From Methanobacteriota archaeon (GTDB lineage Archaea; Thermoplasmatota; Thermoplasmata; UBA10834): DNA of 64,000 nt. Position 1 is the first letter of the stretch. Every line of letters begins with the position of its first letter. The notes below the pieces were generated by a model that searched no databases, was not told the origin of the DNA, and saw nothing but the letters and a program-made list of their open reading frames with translations. Below are positions 29,895-39,282 of the stretch, piece by piece. Location: positions 449,210 through 513,209 of the forward strand of contig CP070748.1 in assembly GCA_020348345.1 (NCBI GenBank). The letters are read 5' to 3'. The translations under genes and the position numbers were made by a program.

Positions 29895-31061
29895 TCAGCT
29901 GTTGTAGTCATCCAGGAAGTCGCCCCATCCTGTGTCTATTGCGAACGCAACTTCTGTAAGATACGCAGGACCGGAATACGGCCAATCGCCGCCCGTTCCC
30001 CAGTATATCGATATGCCACCGCATGCAGCTGCGTAGGGGCCGTTCCAATAGGCGATCACCGACGAGTCAACAAGGTCTATTACATCCTGGGCCGCTGCCC
30101 TGAGCGTCGCGTCCTTGATCTTTGAATTAGCCAGGAGGTTAACGCACAGATCCTCAAGGTCGAGATGCTTGCTCGTCGCGTACATGGTGTAGGTGTCTCT
30201 AATGACCTTCTTGTATTCCCTCGCATACGATCCCAGGTTGTCATGCATCGCAGCGCACCAGTCGTTCAGCGCAGAGGTCTGCTGGCCGAGACTTACGATG
30301 TCTATTGCTGAGAGACATACCGATTGCGCCCAGTTCAACGGGTCGTAGTAGACTCCCCACCCGTCAACCATATCGGTCGCCACCTGTGCAGGCGTCCTCG
30401 AAGGATCGTTCGCTACTGGAGTGAACATCAGGTCGTACGGGTACCCGTTCATCGGAATCGTCTCTTCGGAGCCTACAACAATCCCCACCTGTCCGGTCAA
30501 TTCCACCTGATAGGCGACTTCCACCGCCGCCATGTTGCATGCGTCAAAGGCGAGAATATCGATGTACACTCCGGCGTTCTCAATTGCCGCCTGCAGCTCC
30601 GGCATCTTGATCTCGTCGTTAGAGGTCTGGTCGTCGCTGAAGTACCTCCATGCATAACCATGGTCCCAGCCAATCACTGCGAGGTTATCCGAAGGATAGA
30701 GCGTTGATGTTTCGGTCAAGAACCACTGGAAGGTCGCTCCGTCTCCGTAGTTCTTCTCCTCGTAGGTGTCAACCACTGTTATTGATCCATCAGATATCTC
30801 GTACAGCACTGTGCCGTTCTGTGCCACCCAGTCCATGAAGGCGACTACATTCACCCCGGAACTGGCCGGTATGTTCTTCAATGCGGGAAGGCTGTATTCA
30901 TCCCAATAACGCTCCAGATCGTTGTCCCCATTGACGTAGAGTGCAACGGTCCAAGATTCCCCTTCTCCTCTCGCGTGCTGAACAAATGTCATGCTCGGCA
31001 CGATCAAGAGGGCGGCAACAAATGCACCTAGACACAACTTGGTGTAACATCCCCTCATCAT
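29895..31061 (-). CDS. Secreted clostripain-like (peptidase C11 family) protein, paralog
   Basis: Signal/TM N-terminus; VIGWDHGYAW and ILAFDACNMAAVE dyad contexts; SD GGAGGG 7 nt upstream of the ATG. Confidence 0.6.
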   Translation of the reverse strand: MMRGCYTKLCLGAFVAALLIVPSMTFVQHARGEGESWTVALYVNGDNDLERYWDEYSLPALKNIPASSGVNVVAFMDWVAQNGTVLYEISDGSITVVDTYEEKNYGDGATFQWFLTETSTLYPSDNLAVIGWDHGYAWRYFSDDQTSNDEIKMPELQAAIENAGVYIDILAFDACNMAAVEVAYQVELTGQVGIVVGSEETIPMNGYPYDLMFTPVANDPSRTPAQVATDMVDGWGVYYDPLNWAQSVCLSAIDIVSLGQQTSALNDWCAAMHDNLGSYAREYKKVIRDTYTMYATSKHLDLEDLCVNLLANSKIKDATLRAAAQDVIDLVDSSVIAYWNGPYAAACGGISIYWGTGGDWPYSGPAYLTEVAFAIDTGWGDFLDDYNS

Positions 31062-31393
31062 ACATCCCTCCGGAAGCCAAGGTCCTTACAATTGTGAAAG
31101 ACTTCCAGCGTCGGGGTGATGGACTACTGACTATTTCAATACTCTATCATGCTCAGCAAGGCATGACGTGGGATCAACTATTCGGCAAACGTTAAACCTT
31201 TTTGGCAACGCTGCGAATGATTTGCCCGGAATTCGGACAAGACCATGAAGAATAGCAGCTCCTGCCCTATGTCGGTGTTAACACTAGGGGAGGCTGTGCA
31301 AGGCTCACCTTTGCTGCAGCGAAGCCGGACATCGCTCTGCCGAATGGCTCCGGCGAAACGATTATCTGCACAATTCACGCTTCAAGTGAACAG

Positions 31394-31693
31394 GTGGAAG
31401 AAATGATGGATGTGTCCAGATTGAATGGTACGAAGGTGATTGCCGCCGATTCGTTCACATTGGGCGAAGTGGATGGCGCGAATGTCGACACGAAGCAGTG
31501 GAGAGTAACCCATTTGAAGGTAGGCCTGAGCGATGACGCGACCCGTGAGCTGGGATTCAGCAAGCCTCTCCTCGGCTCGGTGAAGATATGTCTGCCTGTA
31601 GAGAACATCGCAGGCTACGGGGATGTCGTCACTCTGAAGAAATCTCTCATGGAGCTCAAAGGATCGGACATGTGTAAATCGAAGGGCAAGTAG
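31394..31693 (+). CDS. PRC-barrel domain protein
   Basis: VSRLNGTKVIAADSFTLGEVDGANVDTKQWRVTHLKV pattern, similar to the ORF at 11665..11910. Confidence 0.45.
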   Translation: MEEMMDVSRLNGTKVIAADSFTLGEVDGANVDTKQWRVTHLKVGLSDDATRELGFSKPLLGSVKICLPVENIAGYGDVVTLKKSLMELKGSDMCKSKGK

Positions 31694-31833
31694 CACTCGA
31701 GCGCGCAATAGCCGCCGCGCGCTGATCCAAGAGTCGGCAATTCTCCACTGACTGGGCCGAACATAGTGAGGAATCTATTGGTGGAGATAGCGTACATACA
31801 CATCGGCTCAGAAACGGTGCGATTGCGCGGAGG

Positions 31834-31933
31834 TGCTCCCGCCGGGATTTGAACCCGGGTATCGAGCTTTCACCGGCATCCTATTGAACGCCACGAGAGG
31901 CTCGAATGATTGGCCGGACTACACTACGGGAGC
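31834..31933 (-). tRNA. tRNA-Glu (anticodon CUC) with a roughly 25 nt intron at the canonical 37/38 position
   Basis: Acceptor GCTCCCG/CGGGAGC; D-arm GTGTAGTCCGGCCAATCAT, typical of archaeal tRNA-Glu; T-arm CCGGGTTCAAATCCCGG; anticodon stem CGAGC/GCTCG enclosing 32 nt; TATA-like TTTATGTAA about 30 nt upstream. Confidence 0.7.
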
Positions 31934-32119
31934 CTGGTCGAAGCATCCAAAATGGAGTGAATTACATAAACGTTTGGGAGCTTCGATTCAAGCCCTCAAA
32001 GCTCGCCGACGCGCCCACCGGAGCAGGGCGGCTCCCTTCTCTCAGCGTCTCAAGATCGTTGCCGCCGTTCACGAAGTGTGCAATGCGCGGGAACCGCCTC
32101 GCGCTGCGAAAGACCTTCG

Positions 32120-32938
32120 TCAGATGTCTTCGTCCCCATCCCTCCAATCGAGGCCAGGGGTTCTCAATCCGATCTTCACCACTGATGGGAACTTGCGCTT
32201 GTGCGATGATAGCCGAACCATTTTCAATATCCTCCTCACCTCTTCGAGGGGGGCTCCCGTGTCCTTAGCAATCTCTCTGTCATCCTTTGATAGTTCTATA
32301 CCCCTCAGAATTGCATCAAGCTCGTCGTAGGGCATGCCGATGTCATTCTCATCAGTCTGACCCTCCCATAGGCCAGCAGAAGGAGGACGGTCAATGATGG
32401 TCTGGGGTATATCAAGGCGTTCCGCTAGCTGACGAACCTCTGTTTTGTACAGGTCCCCAATTGGCTCGAGATCTACTCCTCCATCGCCGTATTTTGTGAA
32501 ATATCCAATCAAGAGCTCGCTCTTGTTGCTGGTTCCGAGCACCAATCGTCCGTCTCGGTTTGCGAAATGGTAGAGAATGATCATTCTGCATCGAGCCTTG
32601 ATGTTCGCCATGGATTCCTTGCTCACGTCATTGCCAAGAGTTTCTGAGAAGGCGCTGATGAGGTCGGTTATGTCGTAGGTTTCGCAAGATACTCCGACCA
32701 TCCCACAGAGCAATTTCGCATCGCTCAGGTCTCTCTTCGGCGAATCCTTCTCAGGCATTATCAACGCCAGAACGCTGTCCTTTCCCACCGCTCTCGCAGC
32801 GAGGCTTAGCACCACAGCGGAGTCAACGCCTCCACTCAACCCCAGCACATATCCCTTTGCCCCAGCCTTTCTGAGCTTCTCCTCGAGGAAGTGCTCGATG
32901 ATCTTCTCAGTGCCTGGCTTCAGAACAGGTTCGCTCAT
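32120..32938 (-). CDS. nadE: NH3-dependent NAD+ synthetase
   Basis: PP-loop GLSGGVDSAV; NadE pattern throughout. Confidence 0.9.
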   Translation of the reverse strand: MSEPVLKPGTEKIIEHFLEEKLRKAGAKGYVLGLSGGVDSAVVLSLAARAVGKDSVLALIMPEKDSPKRDLSDAKLLCGMVGVSCETYDITDLISAFSETLGNDVSKESMANIKARCRMIILYHFANRDGRLVLGTSNKSELLIGYFTKYGDGGVDLEPIGDLYKTEVRQLAERLDIPQTIIDRPPSAGLWEGQTDENDIGMPYDELDAILRGIELSKDDREIAKDTGAPLEEVRRILKMVRLSSHKRKFPSVVKIGLRTPGLDWRDGDEDI

Positions 32939-32958
32939 CAGGCCTGGGATGGGCCAGT

Positions 32959-33879
32959 TTGGATATAGCCGTTATGGTCATTTCGCTTCCGGAGCCCAAC
33001 CCTAATCATAATCTACTGAAAAACCCGTCATCGTCTATGATGACTAAGGTCTCATTGACCCTGGCTCAAATCAAGTGTCAACTGCATGATAAGGATGCGA
33101 ACCTAGAGATCATGCGAAAGACAGTGAGCCAAGCTGAGGGTGATATTGTTGTCTTTCCCGAGCTCAACCTGACCGGGTATATGCCGCGTGACGACCTTTT
33201 CAGAATAGCTGAGCCCATCGACGGACCAACGGTCAGTAGCGTTCAGAATCTTGCAGAGGACACTGGAAAGGACATTGTCTTCGGCTTTCCTGTCAAGGAC
33301 GAGGAGATTCATGGCCACCTATTCAACTCATGCTTGCTAGCTGCTGGAGATGGCCGAATATTCAGGTACGACAAGATGTACCTCCCGACCTTCGGGCCTT
33401 TCGAGGAGCGTGTGTTCTTTGCGAGCGGCAAGGCGCCAGTTGTCGCTGATGGCATTCACGCGAGAATAGGCCTGACTGTTTGCTACGACCTCTTCTTTCC
33501 GGAACTAGCCAAGCTTGAGGCGTTGCGCGGCGCTCAGCTCCTCGTGAACATCTCAGCCGCTCCAACGACGTCGTGGCCTAGCTTCGAGAAGATCATGCCA
33601 GCGAGAGCCATCGAGAATGGTGTGTTCCTGGTGTATGTCAACATGGTGGGCGTGCATGGGGGCTTGGTTTTCAGCGGTGGAAGCACGCTTGTCGATCCGA
33701 GAGGTGAGATAATCCTCAGGGCGCCCGCTCTAAAGGAGAGTGTATCGGAGGCAACAATCGACTTGGACGACATCGCTATTGCCAGGAGGACGAGGCCGCT
33801 GATGCGCGATATCCGTCCCGAGATCATCGCAGAGATAGGATCCATGCTGCGTGAAGACCGTTCGTGGAGAGGCAACTGA
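32959..33879 (+). CDS. Carbon-nitrogen hydrolase (nitrilase superfamily)
   Basis: E-K-C triad contexts (VVFPELNLTGY; TVCYDLFFPE); the true start is probably an internal Met near 33035. Confidence 0.8.
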   Translation: MDIAVMVISLPEPNPNHNLLKNPSSSMMTKVSLTLAQIKCQLHDKDANLEIMRKTVSQAEGDIVVFPELNLTGYMPRDDLFRIAEPIDGPTVSSVQNLAEDTGKDIVFGFPVKDEEIHGHLFNSCLLAAGDGRIFRYDKMYLPTFGPFEERVFFASGKAPVVADGIHARIGLTVCYDLFFPELAKLEALRGAQLLVNISAAPTTSWPSFEKIMPARAIENGVFLVYVNMVGVHGGLVFSGGSTLVDPRGEIILRAPALKESVSEATIDLDDIAIARRTRPLMRDIRPEIIAEIGSMLREDRSWRGN

Positions 33880-33957
33880 TTGGGCGAGATGTGTCCTCGG
33901 TCCATTGTTCGCAAATCGGATATTCTTAAATACGAACATCAATCTGAAGGTACCCAA

Positions 33958-34069
33958 GCTGAGGTGGCCCAGCCCGGTAAGGCGCGAGCCTGGAGTCTTG
34001 TTGAAGAATCAAGCCCGCTAGCTCGTGGCGCTTTGCGCCTCGGGAGTTCGAATCTCCCCCTCAGCGCCA
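33958..34069 (+). tRNA. tRNA-Ser (anticodon GGA) with a roughly 24 nt intron and a long variable arm; CCA encoded
   Basis: Acceptor GCTGAGG/CCTCAGC; discriminator G; T-arm GGGAGTTCGAATCTCCC; anticodon stem CGAGC/GCTCG enclosing 31 nt; variable arm GGCGC/GCGCC; TATA TTCTTAAATA about 30 nt upstream. Confidence 0.8.
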
Positions 34070-34133
34070 TAGCGTTCTTATCCCTCTTAATATAACGATG
34101 TGAAACACATTAATAGCCGGCCTGCAAATCACT

Positions 34134-36137
34134 ATGACTGGGATCGGCGAGAAGTTGCCCGCACCATCCGTGAATAAGATTCGCGTGCTGCTGATAGACG
34201 ATGAGCCCGAGTTTCTCGATCTGACCAAGTTCTTCCTAAGCCGAGAGGACTCCATCGAAGTGACGGTGGCGTCTTCAGCGAAGGATGGTCTGGACAAGCT
34301 TCAGGAAGAGCAGATTGATGCCGTGGTGTCCGACTACTCCATGCCAGGAATCGACGGGCTCGAGCTTCTGAAGATCATTCGCGCCCGGGGCCTGGACATA
34401 CCATTTATTCTGCTGACAGGCAAAGGCAGGGAGGATGTTGCGATTGAGGCGTTGAACTCGGGCGCTGACTTCTATGTCCGCAAGGGCACTGATCCGAGGA
34501 CGCAGTTCGCGGACATCACGAACGCCATAAAAGTGGGCGTGGAAAGGAAGAGGGCAGTCGATGAGTCATCTCTGAGCAGCAGGTTCCTGTCCCGAGTGTT
34601 CACCAGCATTCGAGATGGTATATGCGTATTGGACAAAGACAGGACCATACTGATGGCGAACGCAGCGGTAGAGGAGTGGTATCCCCATCTGCGCCCTATA
34701 GTCGGAAAGAAATGTTGGGAGGTCTTCCACCCCTCATCTGAAGAGGAGCACGACACCGATTGCCCTGGTAAGAGGACCATAGGCACAGGTGAGGCGAGCA
34801 GGGAGCTGTTGCGCAGATTCGACGCCAACGGAAATCAGACGGGTTGGATTGAGATGTTTGCCTTCCCCCTTGTTGAGGGCGAGCCAGGCGAGGTGGTCGG
34901 CGTGATCGAATATGCGCGCGATATCACCGAACTACAGGCGACTCGGGAGCGCTTGATTGATGAGCTTGACACCCACGGAGCGCTCGATGAGGTATCCAGA
35001 GCCCTCATATGTCCTCCGTCCACAATCAAGGAGATATCGAGGCTTGTTCTCGAAAGCGCGAAGAAGCTGACGAATAGTCAGCACGGGTACGTCTCCTCGG
35101 TCGATCCCGTCACCAAAAGCATAATAAGTTGGACAATAACGGACATGCTTGGAAAGGAGTGTTCCGTGCCCGGTGGAAGCATCGAGTTCCGGGTTGGCCC
35201 TGATGGTCGATACCCTCGTCTGTGGGGACACTCTATGAACACCGGCGAGCCATTCATAGCAAATAACCCTGAGGAGCACGAATTATATACGGGAGTCCCC
35301 GACGGACACATCAAACTCAGAAACTACATATCTGTCCCTGCGGTCATCGGTGGCGAGATTGTAGGCCAGGTGGCTCTCGCAAACTCCTCTCGCGCCTATG
35401 GCGAGAAGGACATTGGAATCATCATGCGTCTCGCACACGTCTACGCAATGGCCGTCATACACGAGCGCGATGTGGCTGCTCTCAAGGAGGCGAACGAGAG
35501 GCTGCGGGTGCTTGGGCAGCTAACCCAACATGACGCATTGAACCAAATAACAGTGATGGAGGGTTGGCTGGCGCTCGCGAAGGACTCAAACGACGATACG
35601 AAGATCAATGACATCTTACCCAAGATAGCAGCTTCGGCCGAGGCTCTTCGGGCTCAGACGGAATTCGCGGTCGAGTATGAACGCCTCGGTGCCAAGGAAT
35701 TCAGATGGATAAGTCTGCCGGATGCGTGTCGTGAAGCATCGTCTGTTATCGAACTCGAAAGCATCAATATGAAGTGCGAGATCGGGGACGTAGAGATTCT
35801 CGCTGATCCGATGTTCAGCAAAGTCTTCCAGAACCTGTTCAGCAATTCGGTCAAACACGGGGAGCATGTGACCACCATTACGATTAGAGCAGAGGAAGTG
35901 ACAGATGGTCTAAGAGTCACCTATGAGGATGATGGTGTGGGAATAGACCCCGAAAGCAAGGAAGCTGTGTTCGAAGCGGGAATCGGCAGGAATACCGGGC
36001 TAGGCCTCTATCTCGTAAAAGAACTCCTGAAGACCTGCAAGATGACTATCAGAGAAACGGGAGAGTACGGCAAAGGTGCCGTGTTTGAGATCAACGTTCC
36101 GCCAGACCGCTTTCGAATCCAGAATAGTTCTGGGTGA
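34134..36137 (+). CDS. Hybrid signal-transduction protein: receiver, PAS, GAF and histidine kinase (cytoplasmic)
   Basis: REC domain (RVLLIDDE...SDYSMPGIDG...LLTGK), PAS/GAF-like middle region, H-box (HDALNQITVMEG) and HATPase G-box (GLGLYLVKELL). Confidence 0.85.
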   Translation: MTGIGEKLPAPSVNKIRVLLIDDEPEFLDLTKFFLSREDSIEVTVASSAKDGLDKLQEEQIDAVVSDYSMPGIDGLELLKIIRARGLDIPFILLTGKGREDVAIEALNSGADFYVRKGTDPRTQFADITNAIKVGVERKRAVDESSLSSRFLSRVFTSIRDGICVLDKDRTILMANAAVEEWYPHLRPIVGKKCWEVFHPSSEEEHDTDCPGKRTIGTGEASRELLRRFDANGNQTGWIEMFAFPLVEGEPGEVVGVIEYARDITELQATRERLIDELDTHGALDEVSRALICPPSTIKEISRLVLESAKKLTNSQHGYVSSVDPVTKSIISWTITDMLGKECSVPGGSIEFRVGPDGRYPRLWGHSMNTGEPFIANNPEEHELYTGVPDGHIKLRNYISVPAVIGGEIVGQVALANSSRAYGEKDIGIIMRLAHVYAMAVIHERDVAALKEANERLRVLGQLTQHDALNQITVMEGWLALAKDSNDDTKINDILPKIAASAEALRAQTEFAVEYERLGAKEFRWISLPDACREASSVIELESINMKCEIGDVEILADPMFSKVFQNLFSNSVKHGEHVTTITIRAEEVTDGLRVTYEDDGVGIDPESKEAVFEAGIGRNTGLGLYLVKELLKTCKMTIRETGEYGKGAVFEINVPPDRFRIQNSSG

Positions 36138-36156
36138 AGGCAATCGTTTTTAATCG

Positions 36157-36846
36157 ATGGCACTAATTCGTGGGCAACGGAGGCGGTCGCCGACGTCTGG
36201 CACTTCTGATGGGCAGGGCATCTTTCCACGGTCTAAACAGCGAGTGATAGAGGCAGAACTATCGTGGATCTCGAGCCTCGTTCTGTTCTTTGCCACGGTC
36301 TATTCAGTACTTAAGTTCGATATAATATGGATAGGGTTCGGAATCTTCGCACTGTCCTTGTATGTCCTTCCAATCGTATCAACGCGAGATCCATTCAAAG
36401 CCATTCCTTGGGAGATAACGATCCTGCTCTCGTCGCCCATGCTCTTGCATATCTCTGAAGGCTCCCAAATGATGAGTGATCAGTTCGCATGGTGGGACGA
36501 TCTCACGTCTTTGGCCTTTGCATTCTCACTGTCAACGATTGGCTTCCTGCTGACAGTGGAGCTTGAGATGTATACGAGCGTCCGCATGAATCGCCCGTTC
36601 TCCGTGTTCTTCGTTGTGATGTTCACGCTCTCAGAATCTGGCTTCTGGATGCTCGCGTTATATGTTGGTGATTCGCTCTTCGGAACGACGAACTTGCAGT
36701 CGAACGACGATGTTATGCGAGAGTTCGTGTGGATTCTTATTGGCGGAATTCTGATGGGATTCCTGTACGCGGCCTACATAAGAGCTATGTCTGACCACAG
36801 GAGCAAGACGCTAGGGCTCATTCATGTGTGGGAGGTGAAGAATTGA
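36157..36846 (+). CDS. Polytopic membrane protein of unknown function, paralog A
   Basis: Multiple hydrophobic helices; homologous to the next ORF (WDDLTSLAFAFSLSTIGFLLTV resembles WDHLTHAMSASLIAALGFILVA). Confidence 0.45.
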   Translation: MALIRGQRRRSPTSGTSDGQGIFPRSKQRVIEAELSWISSLVLFFATVYSVLKFDIIWIGFGIFALSLYVLPIVSTRDPFKAIPWEITILLSSPMLLHISEGSQMMSDQFAWWDDLTSLAFAFSLSTIGFLLTVELEMYTSVRMNRPFSVFFVVMFTLSESGFWMLALYVGDSLFGTTNLQSNDDVMREFVWILIGGILMGFLYAAYIRAMSDHRSKTLGLIHVWEVKN

Positions 36847-37487
36847 GAAAAAGCCTGAAGTTCGCCTCCAGAATCATGCAGGGGGGAATGGTTGCACTGG
36901 CGATTTCTGGCGTTCTTGCCGGGGAACTAACATATGTTCCCGCAGCCCTCATTGCGATATTCGTAAGCGAATTGCCTAGTATCTTCAGGAGGGATCTCAA
37001 GATAGTACTGCCCATTGAGCTGAACCTGTGGATTGTCACGGCGCTATTTATCCACGTATTGGGCAGTTTCTCGGGGTTCTATGATAACGTCCCGGGATGG
37101 GATCATCTCACCCATGCAATGTCCGCGTCGCTGATAGCCGCGCTCGGATTCATCCTTGTAGCTTCTATTGACAAGTACGCCGAAAGCATCTACCTTCCTC
37201 GAATCTTCCTTGCGCTTCTGATAGTCATGCTAACGATGGGCGTTGGCGTGATATGGGAGATAACGGAATACTTGATTGACTCCGCAACGGGCAGCCATCT
37301 GCAATACTCTCTTGACGACACCATGAGGGATCTTCTTTTCGACACTATCGGCGGAATAGTGGTAGCATTCGGCGGTGCCTACTATCTCAGCCACACAACT
37401 CTAGACCACTTCGTTGACGGATTTCAGATGTCGGCCGCAAAGGATCGTGTGAGCCTGATGATCGAAAGGCGAAAGGAAAGAACCTAG
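36828..37487 (+). CDS. Polytopic membrane protein of unknown function, paralog B
   Basis: Same architecture as 36157..36846; the start may be the internal Met at 36876. Confidence 0.45.
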   Translation: MGGEELRKSLKFASRIMQGGMVALAISGVLAGELTYVPAALIAIFVSELPSIFRRDLKIVLPIELNLWIVTALFIHVLGSFSGFYDNVPGWDHLTHAMSASLIAALGFILVASIDKYAESIYLPRIFLALLIVMLTMGVGVIWEITEYLIDSATGSHLQYSLDDTMRDLLFDTIGGIVVAFGGAYYLSHTTLDHFVDGFQMSAAKDRVSLMIERRKERT

Positions 37488-38098
37488 TCCCACCATTCCA
37501 ACCCATACTTCTTCACTGAAGATGCAAGCACCTCCTCAGAGTTGATGTTGACGAAGCTCACCAGTTCAGGATCAACAGTTCTCAATTCCTCCTCCTCTAC
37601 AATCGCGAGATCAAGGAGGCCGAAGGCCTCCTTAGGCCTCAGCACTCCTTCCTTTATGACTTGTTGAAAGGCTTTGAGACACGGCCCCCTCTTGTAAATA
37701 GCATGCAGTGGCTCGAGATAGCCACGGACGCGCGGAACTGCACCGTCTTTGCCAACACCCATCGCAGCTATTTTCTCGCAGACTTCCCTGCGAAGGAGAG
37801 GAGTGTCACATGGGCTAGCGAGCACGTACTCTCCATGTGAAGCTTCTAAGGCAGTAACGAGCCCTCGAATGGGGCCTTCTCCCGTTCGCTCGTCTTCCAC
37901 AACCAGGATATCGTTTCCAAGGAGATGGGCGTAGTAAGGCTTTCTGCCAGGGGCAACCGACATGACTATTTCGTCTGCGAGCTGCTGAAGCACCGCTATG
38001 ACATGGGATATCATTGTGCGGGATCCGAAATCAGCCAACGCCTTCTCTTTGCCGAAGCGACTGCTTGTGCCTCCTGCCAGGACCGCTCCCGTGATCAT
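37484..38098 (-). CDS. mobA: Molybdenum cofactor guanylyltransferase
   Basis: MITGAVLAGGTSSRFG N-terminal nucleotide-binding motif; MobA-like length. Confidence 0.8.
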   Translation of the reverse strand: MITGAVLAGGTSSRFGKEKALADFGSRTMISHVIAVLQQLADEIVMSVAPGRKPYYAHLLGNDILVVEDERTGEGPIRGLVTALEASHGEYVLASPCDTPLLRREVCEKIAAMGVGKDGAVPRVRGYLEPLHAIYKRGPCLKAFQQVIKEGVLRPKEAFGLLDLAIVEEEELRTVDPELVSFVNINSEEVLASSVKKYGLEWWD

Positions 38099-38216
38099 TT
38101 CAGGAGGGGTAGAAGCTGACTGGTCATCAAACTTTCCCGAGCTGCGGTGTTTGCCCTAATGCGCTTGCCAAAAGAGTTATAGGCGCCTAGCATTGTGGGC
38201 ATCAGCAGGCTTCGAG

Positions 38217-39263
38217 ATGTCGAAAATCACCTTGTCCCAGGGAGCCGGCGGGGAAAAGATGCAGGAGCTCATCAGGAACTTCGTGCTCAAGGAGCTGGAG
38301 CACGACTATGGCGAAGTACCGCTTTCGGCCCTTGATGACGCTGCGATAGTTGATGGAATAGCGTTCACAACTGATACCTACACTGTCAAGCCTCTCTTCT
38401 TCCCTGGAGGCAATATCGGCAGCCTTGCCGTGGCGGGAACGGTTAACGACGTATCCGTGATGGGCGCATACCCAGTCGCACTGTCCTGCGGCATGATAAT
38501 CGAGGAAGGATTCCCAGAAAGCGATTTGCGAACCATACTGGCAAGTGCAAACCTAACAGCTCGGAAGGCTGACGTGAAGATAGTCACCGGCGACACAAAG
38601 GTCGTGGAGAAGGGCGCGGCCGATGGCTTGTTCGTTAATACGAGTGGAATTGGGAAGCGCTCGCCCCATCTTGATGGCAACATCGATAGAATACGCACAT
38701 CAAGGAGGTATCCGTGGAATTGGCCCAACGATTCCGGATTGTCCGACGGAGACGTCCTGATAGTGTCAGGACCTATTGGCAACCATGGCGTAGCTCTTCT
38801 CTCTGCTCGCGAGGGATATGGATTTGAGACGACGATCAGAACCGATGCAGCTCCGCTGAACGGCCTGATAGAGTCCGCCCTTAAAATCGGCGGCATCACA
38901 GCCATGAAGGACCCCACACGTGGCGGGCTGGCGAACCTGTTGAACGAATGGTCTGAGAAATCCAATATTGGTCTCACTGTCAAGGAAGAGGACTTGCCGA
39001 TAGACTCTGGTGTGCTCTCCGCTTGCGAGATGCTTGGCATTGACCCACTTGAGATTGGCAACGAGGGAAAGGTTGTCTTCGCCGTTGTGCCAGAAGCTTC
39101 GAAGGACGTCCTCGACGCAGTGAAAGCATCGCCCGAGGGACGACATGCAATGATTATCGGCGAGGCATCCTCTGACATAGATGGTGTCGTCCTGGAAACA
39201 TATACTGGCGGCAAACGCATTGTAGAGTCACCAATCGGAGACCCCGTACCCAGAATATGCTGA
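38217..39263 (+). CDS. hypE: [NiFe]-hydrogenase maturation protein HypE
   Basis: AIR-synthase-like (PurM) fold pattern; the C-terminal ...PRIC ends in the Cys that is carbamoylated and dehydrated in HypE. Confidence 0.9.
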   Translation: MSKITLSQGAGGEKMQELIRNFVLKELEHDYGEVPLSALDDAAIVDGIAFTTDTYTVKPLFFPGGNIGSLAVAGTVNDVSVMGAYPVALSCGMIIEEGFPESDLRTILASANLTARKADVKIVTGDTKVVEKGAADGLFVNTSGIGKRSPHLDGNIDRIRTSRRYPWNWPNDSGLSDGDVLIVSGPIGNHGVALLSAREGYGFETTIRTDAAPLNGLIESALKIGGITAMKDPTRGGLANLLNEWSEKSNIGLTVKEEDLPIDSGVLSACEMLGIDPLEIGNEGKVVFAVVPEASKDVLDAVKASPEGRHAMIIGEASSDIDGVVLETYTGGKRIVESPIGDPVPRIC

Positions 39264-39282
39264 TGGCATCTTGCCTAGACGC

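Noticed and set aside
31833-32330. ORFs 31833..32330 (+), 31906..32268 (+) and 31962..32147 (-) overlapping the tRNA-Glu and the nadE 3' region
   Set aside because: They overlap a well-formed tRNA and the C-terminus of nadE; no motifs, so probably spurious.
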